Source of the DNA: a virus
Length of the DNA: 48,673 nt
Virus genome (UHGV): UHGV-0181052
Direction: 5' to 3' (one strand)
The notes under the pieces were generated by a model, which was not told the origin of the DNA, did no database searches, and worked only from the letters and a program-made list of their open reading frames with translations. The position numbers and the translations under genes were made by a program. Positions 40,725-48,265 of this stretch are shown in pieces; within the stretch, counting starts at the first letter, position 1, and the number at the start of each line of letters is the position of its first letter.

Positions 40725-40744
40725 AACGAAATGAGGAAAACGAA

Positions 40745-40981
40745 ATGACAACTGCACAGACCGTAGCCGCAAAATTCAGCAAAATGAACATGAACGCAGT
40801 AGCCGCGTTGGAAGTAATCCTCAACGCTACCCTGCCAGAAGTTTCAAAAGTATCTATTCACCACTGTGAGATCACGTTCAAGGATGGCTCGCTGGTTATC
40901 CTCCACGATACCCGTAACGCGCGCTCCATCGGCCTGACCAACTATGACTACGCGATCCGCACCCAAGACGCTGCGTGCTAA
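40745..40981 (+). CDS. hypothetical protein (78 aa)
   Basis: Promoter at 40684-40712. RBS GAGGAAAA. Confidence 0.55.
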   Translation: MTTAQTVAAKFSKMNMNAVAALEVILNATLPEVSKVSIHHCEITFKDGSLVILHDTRNARSIGLTNYDYAIRTQDAAC

Positions 40982-41010
40982 CCCAACCGGCCCCTTCGGG
41001 GGCCAACCGG
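40982..41010 (+). other. GC hairpin flanked by the direct repeat CCAACCGG
   Basis: CCAACCGG-GGCCCC-TTCG-GGGGCC-AACCGG, with no T-run. The second repeat copy overlaps the SD of the 41019 gene. Confidence 0.45.
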
Positions 41011-41018
41011 AGGAAACT

Positions 41019-41348
41019 ATGAGCAAATGCATTGCCGTCACCGCTAACGGCGTGGAAATGGCTTATTTCCCTTACCATGACCAGCCGTCCTTCATTCGCG
41101 CAGACGAAGAGGCCGATAAGTTCATAAAGACCCTTTGCGGCAAGGTCGATGGTGCATGGAAGGGCATTTCCTACCCTCGTGTTCGCGTCACCACCGCCAG
41201 CGGGATCGTATATGAGGCCTCGTTGTGTCACGTCGATATTGACGACAGCCACGGCGAGGAGCGGATGTTTTCTTTCTGGTATATACCAGCTCTCGGTCGC
41301 TGTAAGTACGCGGCGATCATTCCTGAAACCGTCGAATATATCCAATAA
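41019..41348 (+). CDS. hypothetical protein (109 aa)
   Basis: Start at MSKCIAV with RBS GGAGGA. The preceding hairpin lacks a T-run. Confidence 0.55.
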   Translation: MSKCIAVTANGVEMAYFPYHDQPSFIRADEEADKFIKTLCGKVDGAWKGISYPRVRVTTASGIVYEASLCHVDIDDSHGEERMFSFWYIPALGRCKYAAIIPETVEYIQ

Positions 41349-41360
41349 CGGGAGGGCATT

Positions 41361-41687
41361 ATGGACGGAAGAAAAAGACCACCGCTGTCAATGACGTTCA
41401 AGTTTTGGGACGGCCGCCAGCGCAAGCACGAGGGCGCGGGCACCGTCTCCATGTGCATACGGGCGATCATGCGTGAAATGACAGCCAGACAGCGCGTCTC
41501 CCTGCTGCTGTCGCTGAACAGCTATCACCACGCGCTCGCAGCCGATGAGGGCAAGCCGATGCCGCTGAACCTGACGTTCACCCAATGGGTCAACGCGGAC
41601 GAAGACCGCAAGATCACCATGAAGTGCGATCTGACCCGCTCCATCGCTTACGCTGCATGGCTGGCCGCAGGAGGACGCCCGGAGTGA
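41361..41687 (+). CDS. hypothetical protein (108 aa)
   Basis: RBS GGAGGG. Confidence 0.55.
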   Translation: MDGRKRPPLSMTFKFWDGRQRKHEGAGTVSMCIRAIMREMTARQRVSLLLSLNSYHHALAADEGKPMPLNLTFTQWVNADEDRKITMKCDLTRSIAYAAWLAAGGRPE

Positions 41688-41887
41688 AACTGCGTATCAG
41701 ACAGCGGGCCGTGTTGAAGCGGCTGGCTGTTTCTGAATGGCGCGCCGGTGAGTGGGTCTACGACAGCAAGGCCCACACTGTCACCGCGCTGAACAGCCTC
41801 GTTAACCGAGGTCTGGCAAAATGGAACCTAACCACAGGAGCGTGCGAGATCACGCCGGAAGGCCGACAGGAGGCCCGCAATGATTGA
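41683..41887 (+). CDS. hypothetical protein (68 aa, GTG start)
   Basis: GTGA start/stop overlap with AGGAGG 9 nt upstream. Basic (VKLRIRQRAVLKRLAVSEWRAGEW). Confidence 0.4.
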
Positions 41888-42212
41888 CCAGTTGAAGAAG
41901 ATCACCAACCGTGACGAAGCCCGCGAGCTGGGTGCGCATATCTGCGCCATGCTCATGCCCGGGGCGCAGTTCGCCGTACTGGAAGCCGTTAACGACAAGA
42001 CGAAGGAGACGACCTACCGTGTCGTCGTCGAGTTCGGGCGCGTCCGCTGTATTGCCTACGGCCACAACCGCTTCAAAGCGTCGTACACCGACTCGAAGAA
42101 CCACGTCACCGAGATAGATGCAAAGACCGCCTCCGGTGCGTTGAAGTCACTACGCCTTGAGCTGCTGACGATCGCCACCGTTTACACGCACGGCGCTGGA
42201 ATTATTCTATAG
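41880..42212 (+). CDS. hypothetical protein (110 aa)
   Basis: Translationally coupled to the upstream gene. Confidence 0.5.
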   Translation: MIDQLKKITNRDEARELGAHICAMLMPGAQFAVLEAVNDKTKETTYRVVVEFGRVRCIAYGHNRFKASYTDSKNHVTEIDAKTASGALKSLRLELLTIATVYTHGAGIIL

Positions 42213-42214
42213 TG

Positions 42215-42246
42215 TTGACACGGGATATTATTCCGTACTAATATGC
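42215..42246 (+). promoter_or_regulatory. early promoter with dyad (drives the membrane-protein / lipoprotein pair)
   Basis: TTGACA 42215-42220, 18 nt, TAATAT 42239-42244. The dyad is GGGATATTA / TAATATGC. Confidence 0.65.
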
Positions 42247-42248
42247 AG

Positions 42249-42269
42249 TTCCCGGCACGGTGCCGGGAA
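42249..42269 (+). promoter_or_regulatory. perfect 21-nt palindrome at the predicted 5' end of the 42287 transcript
   Basis: TTCCCGGCACGGTGCCGGGAA, 5 nt after the -10 element. Confidence 0.5.
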
Positions 42270-42286
42270 TAACAGGAGAGAGAATC

Positions 42287-42517
42287 ATGAGCTTATTAAT
42301 TATTTGGGGTGTTATGGCTGTTCTGGTAGGCATCGCTGCTGACCGTCGTGGACGCAATGGGCTGGGCTGGGCGCTGCTGTCGCTGGTGTTCTCCCCGCTG
42401 CTGGCGATCCTATTCTTGCTGGTGATGCGCAACGTCGCAGCAGACGAAGAGCGCCGCCGTATTGAAGAGCGCCGCCACATTGAGACACTGGCCGCCATCC
42501 GTTCTAACAAGGAGTGA
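42287..42517 (+). CDS. small inner-membrane protein (2 TM)
   Basis: MSLLIIWGVMAVLVGIAA...LGWALLSLVFSPLLAILFLLVM. It has its own promoter (42215-42244) and a 5' palindrome. Confidence 0.55.
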   Translation: MSLLIIWGVMAVLVGIAADRRGRNGLGWALLSLVFSPLLAILFLLVMRNVAADEERRRIEERRHIETLAAIRSNKE

Positions 42518-42519
42518 TC

Positions 42520-42882
42520 ATGAAACGTATTACCGCCATCGCCATCGTAGCCGCTGCCGTGCTGGGCTGCTCATACGTCGGAACCGCCAGCGCCGTCAGC
42601 TGCACCGTGGGCATCAAGAACATCAACATCCAGCGCGGATTGGGCGTGTACGACCTCCTGCCGGATAACGCACAGATGGATAAGGTCATGAAGGACGCAT
42701 GCAAGCTGGGTGAGCGCTACCGTAAGGGTAACGTGTCCGAGCCGATGTTCGAAGTCACCCGCGAAGCAGTGATGAAGGCCGTAGCCAACAATAAGGCAGA
42801 CGATGAGGCGAAGGCGCAGGTCATCGCGGTCGTTTCCGACCTGATGGACGTTGGCTACTACGGCGAGGTGAAAGCACGATGA
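42520..42882 (+). CDS. lipoprotein (candidate superinfection-exclusion / receptor-blocking protein)
   Basis: Signal peptide with lipobox AAVLGCS. GGAG RBS, ATG at 42520. Confidence 0.55.
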   Translation: MKRITAIAIVAAAVLGCSYVGTASAVSCTVGIKNINIQRGLGVYDLLPDNAQMDKVMKDACKLGERYRKGNVSEPMFEVTREAVMKAVANNKADDEAKAQVIAVVSDLMDVGYYGEVKAR

Positions 42883-43163
42883 GCAAGATCCCGGCATTCC
42901 CAACTAAGCTCGTGGAAGTCGCCGACGTGAAGCCCGGGCAATGGGTGTGGCACTATGGCCGGTTCGTCCGCGCTGAGTTCATCGACCGCCCGCAAGTGCG
43001 CTGGGACGACGTCGGCACACTGAAAGGCTTCTGGCGTCGCATGCATTACAGCGACATTAACCAGTGCAGCACACTGATCCACCGGTTCGGCCTCAGCTTC
43101 CTGCGCGCAGGCAACATGGTCATGACCCCGGATTTCATCAACGTAGAGGACTTTTGCAAATGA
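42879..43163 (+). CDS. hypothetical protein (94 aa)
   Basis: ATGA coupling. Confidence 0.5.
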   Translation: MSKIPAFPTKLVEVADVKPGQWVWHYGRFVRAEFIDRPQVRWDDVGTLKGFWRRMHYSDINQCSTLIHRFGLSFLRAGNMVMTPDFINVEDFCK

Positions 43164-43546
43164 AACAGAAAGAGCCAGTTTTTGAGCAGTTTTTGCCGTC
43201 TACTTGGACTTTGGGCGACACCCCGGACATTGAGCACGGCCATGAAATGGAGTTTTGGGTGGTGGTGCGCCTGCGTAACAACTGCCGCCTCATCCGCCGC
43301 TTCTGGTACGTCAATTTCGACGAGTGCGGATATACTGACGAACAGCTGGCAAACTGGGACGGCCGCAGCGACGACAGCGGTGAGCCGTTCTTCTTCGTCG
43401 GCTGGTGTCAGGAGGGCGTACACCCGGAGTTCAGCTCCTACTACCTCCCGCTCGACCGCAACCGCGATTTCAGGATCGAGGCTTATGCACCAGTGACCAC
43501 GCCGCGCGTGCCGTACTTCGGAGACGATCATGAAGTTAATCACTAA
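43160..43546 (+). CDS. hypothetical protein (128 aa)
   Basis: Start at MKQKEP with ATGA coupling. Confidence 0.5.
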   Translation: MKQKEPVFEQFLPSTWTLGDTPDIEHGHEMEFWVVVRLRNNCRLIRRFWYVNFDECGYTDEQLANWDGRSDDSGEPFFFVGWCQEGVHPEFSSYYLPLDRNRDFRIEAYAPVTTPRVPYFGDDHEVNH

Positions 43547-43766
43547 AGGGGTGTTTAAGGTCTTCAACTACAACGGTGTAGTGATAACTGCGCCGGGGTG
43601 GGCAGCGTGGATCGCTGTCGATATGGATGGCGCGCTCTACGTCTACGACAACGAGCCGTTCATTTCCGACGGCAACGAATTTTGGAGTGTTGACGGTACG
43701 CCCGATCTGTTAGGCTACGTCGACCTTGATGGCGCGGACTGGCGCAAAACACTGATGAAATGCTGA
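43530..43766 (+). CDS. hypothetical protein (78 aa)
   Basis: GGAG RBS 6 nt upstream. Confidence 0.55.
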   Translation: MKLITKGVFKVFNYNGVVITAPGWAAWIAVDMDGALYVYDNEPFISDGNEFWSVDGTPDLLGYVDLDGADWRKTLMKC

Positions 43767-43776
43767 GGAGCAAAAC

Positions 43777-44466
43777 ATGACTACCAAGAAGAAAAAGACA
43801 GCCGACGTTACCGACCGCTTCACTGCTGGTGACATCCTGCGCTTCGGCTATGAGATCAGCGAAGGCGGTAGCCCGGTTCGCGGTAGCAACATCCCGGGGC
43901 GTAACTCGCTGGTGACGTTTCTGGCCTACGGCGAGCTGGCTGGTCAGGAAACCATCATTGCCCGCTGGCATTGCCTGGCCGACCACGGTGAATATTCCGT
44001 ACCGCACGTGGTTGAATTCCCGTCCAACTTCTTCCAGCACCACGGCGTAGCAGATGAGTCGGCGCTGACCCTCGACAACATCGCGACGCTCAACCGCGAT
44101 TGCGCACGGAAGGACGGCACGGCTATCTATCTGGTCACTGAAAAGGCCGATTCCCCTGAGAGCGCCTCAGAGCCTCTTGACGCCGTTCAGGTGCTCGAAC
44201 GGGTGAAAGGTCATCTTGAGGAGCGCGGACGCCGCTACGGCGCGGAGAACGGCAAAGAGCGCCAGTTCGACCGCATTGCTGATGCGTTCAACATCGTGCG
44301 AGCGTCTGCGAACCGCCAGAACTCCCCACTGACCGGGCTGGATGTGGTGACGCTGCAATCCATCCTAAAGATCTGCCGCGCTCAGACTGACGACAACACC
44401 GACTCGTTCGAAGACCTCGCTGGGTACGCGGCAATTGGCGCTGAGGTTGTTGGTGGCATGAAATGA
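43777..44466 (+). CDS. hypothetical protein (229 aa)
   Basis: GAGGAG RBS. It has a conserved-looking C-terminal RYGAENGKERQFDRIADAFNIVRASANRQNSPLTGLDV segment, but no family could be assigned. Confidence 0.6.
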   Translation: MTTKKKKTADVTDRFTAGDILRFGYEISEGGSPVRGSNIPGRNSLVTFLAYGELAGQETIIARWHCLADHGEYSVPHVVEFPSNFFQHHGVADESALTLDNIATLNRDCARKDGTAIYLVTEKADSPESASEPLDAVQVLERVKGHLEERGRRYGAENGKERQFDRIADAFNIVRASANRQNSPLTGLDVVTLQSILKICRAQTDDNTDSFEDLAGYAAIGAEVVGGMK

Positions 44467-44699
44467 TTCACGATCTGAAAATCCTGCCGGTTCACTTCGA
44501 TGCTGTCAGGTGTGGGAACAAGCGCGCTGAGCTGCGAAAGTGGGATCGGAACTTCTCGGAGGGTGACACGCTTCGCCTTCGGGAGTGGACAGAAGCAGAT
44601 GGCTACACTGGCCGGGTGATCGACGTCCTTGTGGTTCACGTCTGCAACGTCGGCGAATATGCGCCCGGGTACCTGATGTTAAGTTTCTTCGTGCTGTAA
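44463..44699 (+). CDS. ASCH-domain (DUF3850-like) protein
   Basis: ILPVHFDAVRCGNKRAELRKWDRNFSEGDTLRLREW is ASCH-like. ATGA coupling. Confidence 0.6.
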   Translation: MIHDLKILPVHFDAVRCGNKRAELRKWDRNFSEGDTLRLREWTEADGYTGRVIDVLVVHVCNVGEYAPGYLMLSFFVL

Positions 44700-44708
44700 T
44701 AAACAACA

Positions 44709-44733
44709 AGGGGCCGATTGGCCCCTTTTTTTT
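44709..44733. terminator. bidirectional rho-independent terminator (convergence of the + early unit and the - lysis unit)
   Basis: GGGGCC-GATT-GGCCCC followed by T8. The T-run overlaps the endolysin stop. Confidence 0.8.
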
Positions 44734-45229
44734 ACACCTTCGCGTTCCGGCCAACGGCCTCAGCATCCCGCCAGTTCATCCCCTTCGCCAGCGCCTGCCG
44801 CGCCAGCGCACGACGAACCAGCCCGGGGACAATCTTACCGCTCTGCTTGCGGAAGAACTCCAGCTGTACGATCAGCTCATCCCAGCGGCCTTGCGTTACC
44901 AGGTCGTCGAAGTCACCTGCCTTCTTGTCCGGCCTGATCGGCTCTTCACCGGCATTGATGACCAGATCAACCAGCGCGTCAAAGATTGGCTGCGTGATGG
45001 ACTTATGCGCCCACTCGTTCACCTTCTTCTCCGCGTAGGCGAGATCTTCACGCAGGATCGCCAGTGCCGCCTCTCGTGTGATGTTGATTCGTGGAGGGTT
45101 CCGGCCAGTGTGACCGAAGCCCCAGGTGTAGATCCCGCGACGGCGCTCATCTTCGGTTGCGAAGTAAGGCGCGCTGCGGAATTTCTCCCAGGCTGCTGTA
45201 AATTGCAGCCCGTTATCACTCATCTTCAT
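44732..45229 (-). CDS. endolysin (phage lysozyme, GH24-like)
   Basis: 165 aa: YFATEDERRRGIYTWGFGHTG. It lies adjacent to the spanin and holin genes. Confidence 0.75.
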   Translation of the reverse strand: MKMSDNGLQFTAAWEKFRSAPYFATEDERRRGIYTWGFGHTGRNPPRINITREAALAILREDLAYAEKKVNEWAHKSITQPIFDALVDLVINAGEEPIRPDKKAGDFDDLVTQGRWDELIVQLEFFRKQSGKIVPGLVRRALARQALAKGMNWRDAEAVGRNAKV

Positions 45230-45527
45230 TTGTTACCCCTTGTTGCTTGCAATAGTCGGTTGTACTGGGTGTTGCAGCGCTGCCCGGCGATGTAGTACCG
45301 ATCAGCTTCTGCTGCCAGTTCGTTACCCGCTTGCACTGACTGATAGAACAGCTCGGCGAGCAGATCGGAGAGCGTTCCGGCATCACTGCTAATGCCGACA
45401 GCGGCGGCGTGTTGTTTTGCGAGGGCAGTGGCTGCGTTGAGTTGCTGGCGCAGCCGGTCAGCAGCATAAGCAGCACCAGCAGCGTCAGCGCGTGCTTGGT
45501 CAATCCGGCGAGACGTGTCGCGATCAT
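45216..45527 (-). CDS. o-spanin (Rz1-like lipoprotein), overlapping/overhanging Rz
   Basis: MIATRLAGLTKHALTLLVLLMLLTGCAS has a lipobox. The remainder is Pro-rich. It ends 10 nt beyond the Rz stop. Confidence 0.6.
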   Translation of the reverse strand: MIATRLAGLTKHALTLLVLLMLLTGCASNSTQPLPSQNNTPPLSALAVMPERSPICSPSCSISQCKRVTNWQQKLIGTTSPGSAATPSTTDYCKQQGVTNEDE

Positions 45528-45726
45528 CTTGGTCTTTCTCCCGCTGGCGCATATCGGCCAGCTCACGGTCAATTTTATTTCTGCGTTCAGCCTCCTTGTT
45601 GATCCCAGCTGTAACGCCGCTTTCATAACGGCTTTCGCCGTACTTGCTCAGTGCATAGCTGCCGCCCTGCCATAGCAAAAAGGCGGCAAGGGCCGCCAGC
45701 AGGTAGATTTTAAGGTTGCCGATCAT
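45226..45726 (-). CDS. i-spanin (Rz-like)
   Basis: N-terminal TM IYLLAALAAFLLW, then a charged coiled-coil. It contains the o-spanin ORF in the +1 frame. Confidence 0.7.
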   Translation of the reverse strand: MIGNLKIYLLAALAAFLLWQGGSYALSKYGESRYESGVTAGINKEAERRNKIDRELADMRQREKDQDDRDTSRRIDQARADAAGAAYAADRLRQQLNAATALAKQHAAAVGISSDAGTLSDLLAELFYQSVQAGNELAAEADRYYIAGQRCNTQYNRLLQATRGNK

Positions 45727-46093
45727 TTTTCCCCCTGAGATTCATGGACGGGAAATACCGCTCAACCACGCGAATGACCTTATCGATCCCAACGTACCCA
45801 AGCACGCAGGCAACGATCCAGCCTGCATCCTGGTTTGCGATCCAGTGCATCCGCGGAACGGAATCCCCGATGATGGTGATGATGAAGGTGATGCCCTTCG
45901 CGAACATTGCCGCCATGATCGCATTCGTCCAGATCTGCCGCCTTTCGTGACCAAGCTGGATGTGACGCAATGTAGCCATGACGGCCGCAGCGATGGGGTA
46001 ATCTAAGTCGGTCTTATACATCCGATAGATGTCGGTGATGCCGTGGAAGAAGTCGCCCAAAAGAAAAGCCCCCGTGTTAGTAACGGGGGCCAT
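45710..46093 (-). CDS. holin (start uncertain)
   Basis: Three hydrophobic segments. The annotated ATG at 46093 is immediately followed by a terminator-like hairpin, so the true start may be internal. Confidence 0.5.
   Translation of the reverse strand: MAPVTNTGAFLLGDFFHGITDIYRMYKTDLDYPIAAAVMATLRHIQLGHERRQIWTNAIMAAMFAKGITFIITIIGDSVPRMHWIANQDAGWIVACVLGYVGIDKVIRVVERYFPSMNLRGKNDRQP
46061..46090 (-). terminator. intrinsic-terminator-like hairpin at the start of the holin gene, a paralogue of the terL element
   Basis: Minus strand: GCCCCCGT-TACTAAC-ACGGGGGC followed by TTTTCTTTT. Confidence 0.6.
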
Positions 46094-46111
46094 GATAAGC
46101 GCAAAATCTAT

Positions 46112-46639
46112 TTAGTTGAAAGCATAACACTCCTGACCGTACCGGTTGACCATCGGCCGCCACTTCTCGATCACTTCCACCGGCGATACCTGCTGCATGA
46201 TCCGGCACTCTGCCTTCGCCTTGTTGATCTGCACTGCCACCAGAATGATTGCATCAACGCCGTTCATCACGTAGCTCTCAGCGTTGTCCTGCCGGATGGT
46301 CGGCAACTGCCGCCCGGTTCCCTCGGTGGACTTCACCTCGTAGATGTGTGTCTGCCGTTCGCGCTTCCCTACGCGGGAGATGGTCATGATGTCACCCTGG
46401 CCGAACGCGTTCACCGACACGCCAGTGCGCGCGTTGACTCCCATCGGGATGATAATCCGGTGGCGGCCATGAATATTGTTCAGGTGCTTCGCTGCTGCAA
46501 TTTCCCCCAGTAGGCCCACGAGGCGCTTGCGGAACTCTACGTTCTGGTTCCAGTTGTAGATCTTCTCTTCACGCCCAAGGATGTAGACGGCGTTATGAAA
46601 TTCAGCAGTGTCGATTTGAATAACGGTAGGTTTTTTCAT
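46112..46639 (-). CDS. PD-(D/E)XK nuclease-like protein
   Basis: GQGDIMTISRV...THIYEVKS gives a D-x(n)-E-x-K pattern. Confidence 0.45.
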   Translation of the reverse strand: MKKPTVIQIDTAEFHNAVYILGREEKIYNWNQNVEFRKRLVGLLGEIAAAKHLNNIHGRHRIIIPMGVNARTGVSVNAFGQGDIMTISRVGKRERQTHIYEVKSTEGTGRQLPTIRQDNAESYVMNGVDAIILVAVQINKAKAECRIMQQVSPVEVIEKWRPMVNRYGQECYAFN

Positions 46640-46890
46640 TTTGCGGTCGGAATCCCAAAACGGTAGCAGGCGTTGTAAAAGCCGCTCTCAGTGATATTGT
46701 GCTTCTCCATGATCTGCGCCTTCGTCATGCGACGAACGGTAACATCATCCGTCACCTCCTGAATGCGCTCATCCGTCCAGAACTTGCCATTGCGCGGGCC
46801 AATGTGCTTGTTCTCGCGGTCAACGCCCTTCCCGACTTTAAGATCTCGCCCTTCGATTGCTGCCTTCAAAATTGCCTGTGCTAACGTCAT
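46636..46890 (-). CDS. hypothetical protein (84 aa)
   Basis: Strong RBS AAGGAG 6 nt upstream. Confidence 0.55.
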   Translation of the reverse strand: MTLAQAILKAAIEGRDLKVGKGVDRENKHIGPRNGKFWTDERIQEVTDDVTVRRMTKAQIMEKHNITESGFYNACYRFGIPTAK

Positions 46891-47032
46891 GATCTTCTCC
46901 TTCCGGTAACCGGGAGAGTGTCCCGGCGATGTATTTGGTGATTACTCGTGTGTTCTTATCCTGGTTCATCCTGCGCAGCCTGTCAGCCCGTGAGACAGTT
47001 CGGGCCTTGTGCCGCTGATACGTCTTACCCAT
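46838..47032 (-). CDS. hypothetical basic protein (64 aa)
   Basis: RBS GAGGAG 8 nt upstream. It overlaps the next gene by 53 nt. Confidence 0.4.
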   Translation of the reverse strand: MGKTYQRHKARTVSRADRLRRMNQDKNTRVITKYIAGTLSRLPEGEDHDVSTGNFEGSNRRARS

Positions 47033-47044
47033 TGGTGCTACTCC

Positions 47045-47302
47045 TCAATTTTCCCCTTTATATCGCATAGTAACACCAGATTTCGTCCTTATCTCCTTGA
47101 CTTGCTGCTTTGTGAGAGTGACGCCCGGCTTCACCCTCACCAGCCGCCGCAGCATGCGGTCGTCAGTCGCCAGAACACCAATCCCTTTCGCCGATATCGC
47201 CACGCCGTCAATCGCGCCGGGAAACGCTTTTGACACTGCGGTAATGAATTCGTCGAGGCCGCATTCCTTCGCGGCCTGCCAGACTTGCGCCTTACTGTGC
47301 AT
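47045..47302 (-). CDS. hypothetical protein (85 aa)
   Basis: Overlaps the dam stop by 11 nt. Weak RBS. Confidence 0.45.
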   Translation of the reverse strand: MHSKAQVWQAAKECGLDEFITAVSKAFPGAIDGVAISAKGIGVLATDDRMLRRLVRVKPGVTLTKQQVKEIRTKSGVTMRYKGEN

Positions 47303-48038
47303 CCAGTAAACCCAGCTCGCTCAGCATTTGATCCTGATCGATGTAGAGCGTCTCCACACCGCCGCGGCGCTTACGACCGCGCAGGATGAAAAGCACAGTG
47401 CCTTTGTTGTTCTGCTTGCCTGGCTTCCCGGTGCCAGCGTGCTCGAACGACAGGCGGCCAGAGTTCTTGCCGTTGCTGACGATGTTGATGATGGTGTAAG
47501 CCTGATCAACCATGTTGCGGAACCACACCGTGCTGTTGTCGTTCGGCAGCACCACCGCCAGCACTGCGCCCGGCTTGATCTCCCGGCTTTTCTCAGTCCA
47601 TGGCGTGATGTCGTCATAAGGAGGGTTCAGAAACATCGCATCGAATTGGCTCCAGTCTTGATCCAGGCTGTTCTCTTCCTTGCAAAAGTAGAAGTCGCAT
47701 TTCGTCGACTTCTCGCAGGCCGCAAGGTCTACCTCGAACGGGCCGTAGGTCATATCCAGCCACGCGAACACGTGCTCGGGGGTGCGCCAGTTCGGGCGGA
47801 CGTTGTCCGGGGTCTTGCTACCGTTGAACCGGCGGCCGGTCACTTTCTGCGGGCGAACAGCCTGGTAGTGCCCACCAGTCACCAGCCCCTTCGTCGCCCA
47901 TACGCGGTTACTGAACAGTTGCCACGGGGTCAGTCCTTTTGCTGCGGCCTCTGCATGCAACGCCGGGTTACGATCCCCGCCGAACACCTGCGCCGCTTCC
48001 CATGCGTCGATCGTAAATTTGTCTGCTTCGTCTTTCAT
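47292..48038 (-). CDS. dam: DNA N6-adenine methyltransferase (phage Dam family)
   Basis: Start moved to the ATG at 48038 (RBS AAGGAAACGAA). WRTPEHVFAWLD...FEVDLAA...FLNPPY gives the NPPY motif. Confidence 0.8.
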   Translation of the reverse strand: MKDEADKFTIDAWEAAQVFGGDRNPALHAEAAAKGLTPWQLFSNRVWATKGLVTGGHYQAVRPQKVTGRRFNGSKTPDNVRPNWRTPEHVFAWLDMTYGPFEVDLAACEKSTKCDFYFCKEENSLDQDWSQFDAMFLNPPYDDITPWTEKSREIKPGAVLAVVLPNDNSTVWFRNMVDQAYTIINIVSNGKNSGRLSFEHAGTGKPGKQNNKGTVLFILRGRKRRGGVETLYIDQDQMLSELGLLDAQ

Positions 48039-48265
48039 TTCGTTTCCTTTGGGGTATTTGACCGATATTTGATTTTGCTCACATAAAACAGCTGTCCGCC
48101 TAACGTCCATTCACGGCAGGAGATCACCTCCACGTGAATATCAAGGCGGCCCTCACACGATATGCAGGCATCGCCCAGCGGCGGCTCTTCAACGGTGATC
48201 ACGCGATGCTCTTCACGCAAGGCGAACAGCCGGTAATCCTCCAGCGGCATGATGAACTTATGCAT
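48035..48265 (-). CDS. hypothetical protein (76 aa)
   Basis: ATGA overlap with dam. Confidence 0.45.
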   Translation of the reverse strand: MHKFIMPLEDYRLFALREEHRVITVEEPPLGDACISCEGRLDIHVEVISCREWTLGGQLFYVSKIKYRSNTPKETK

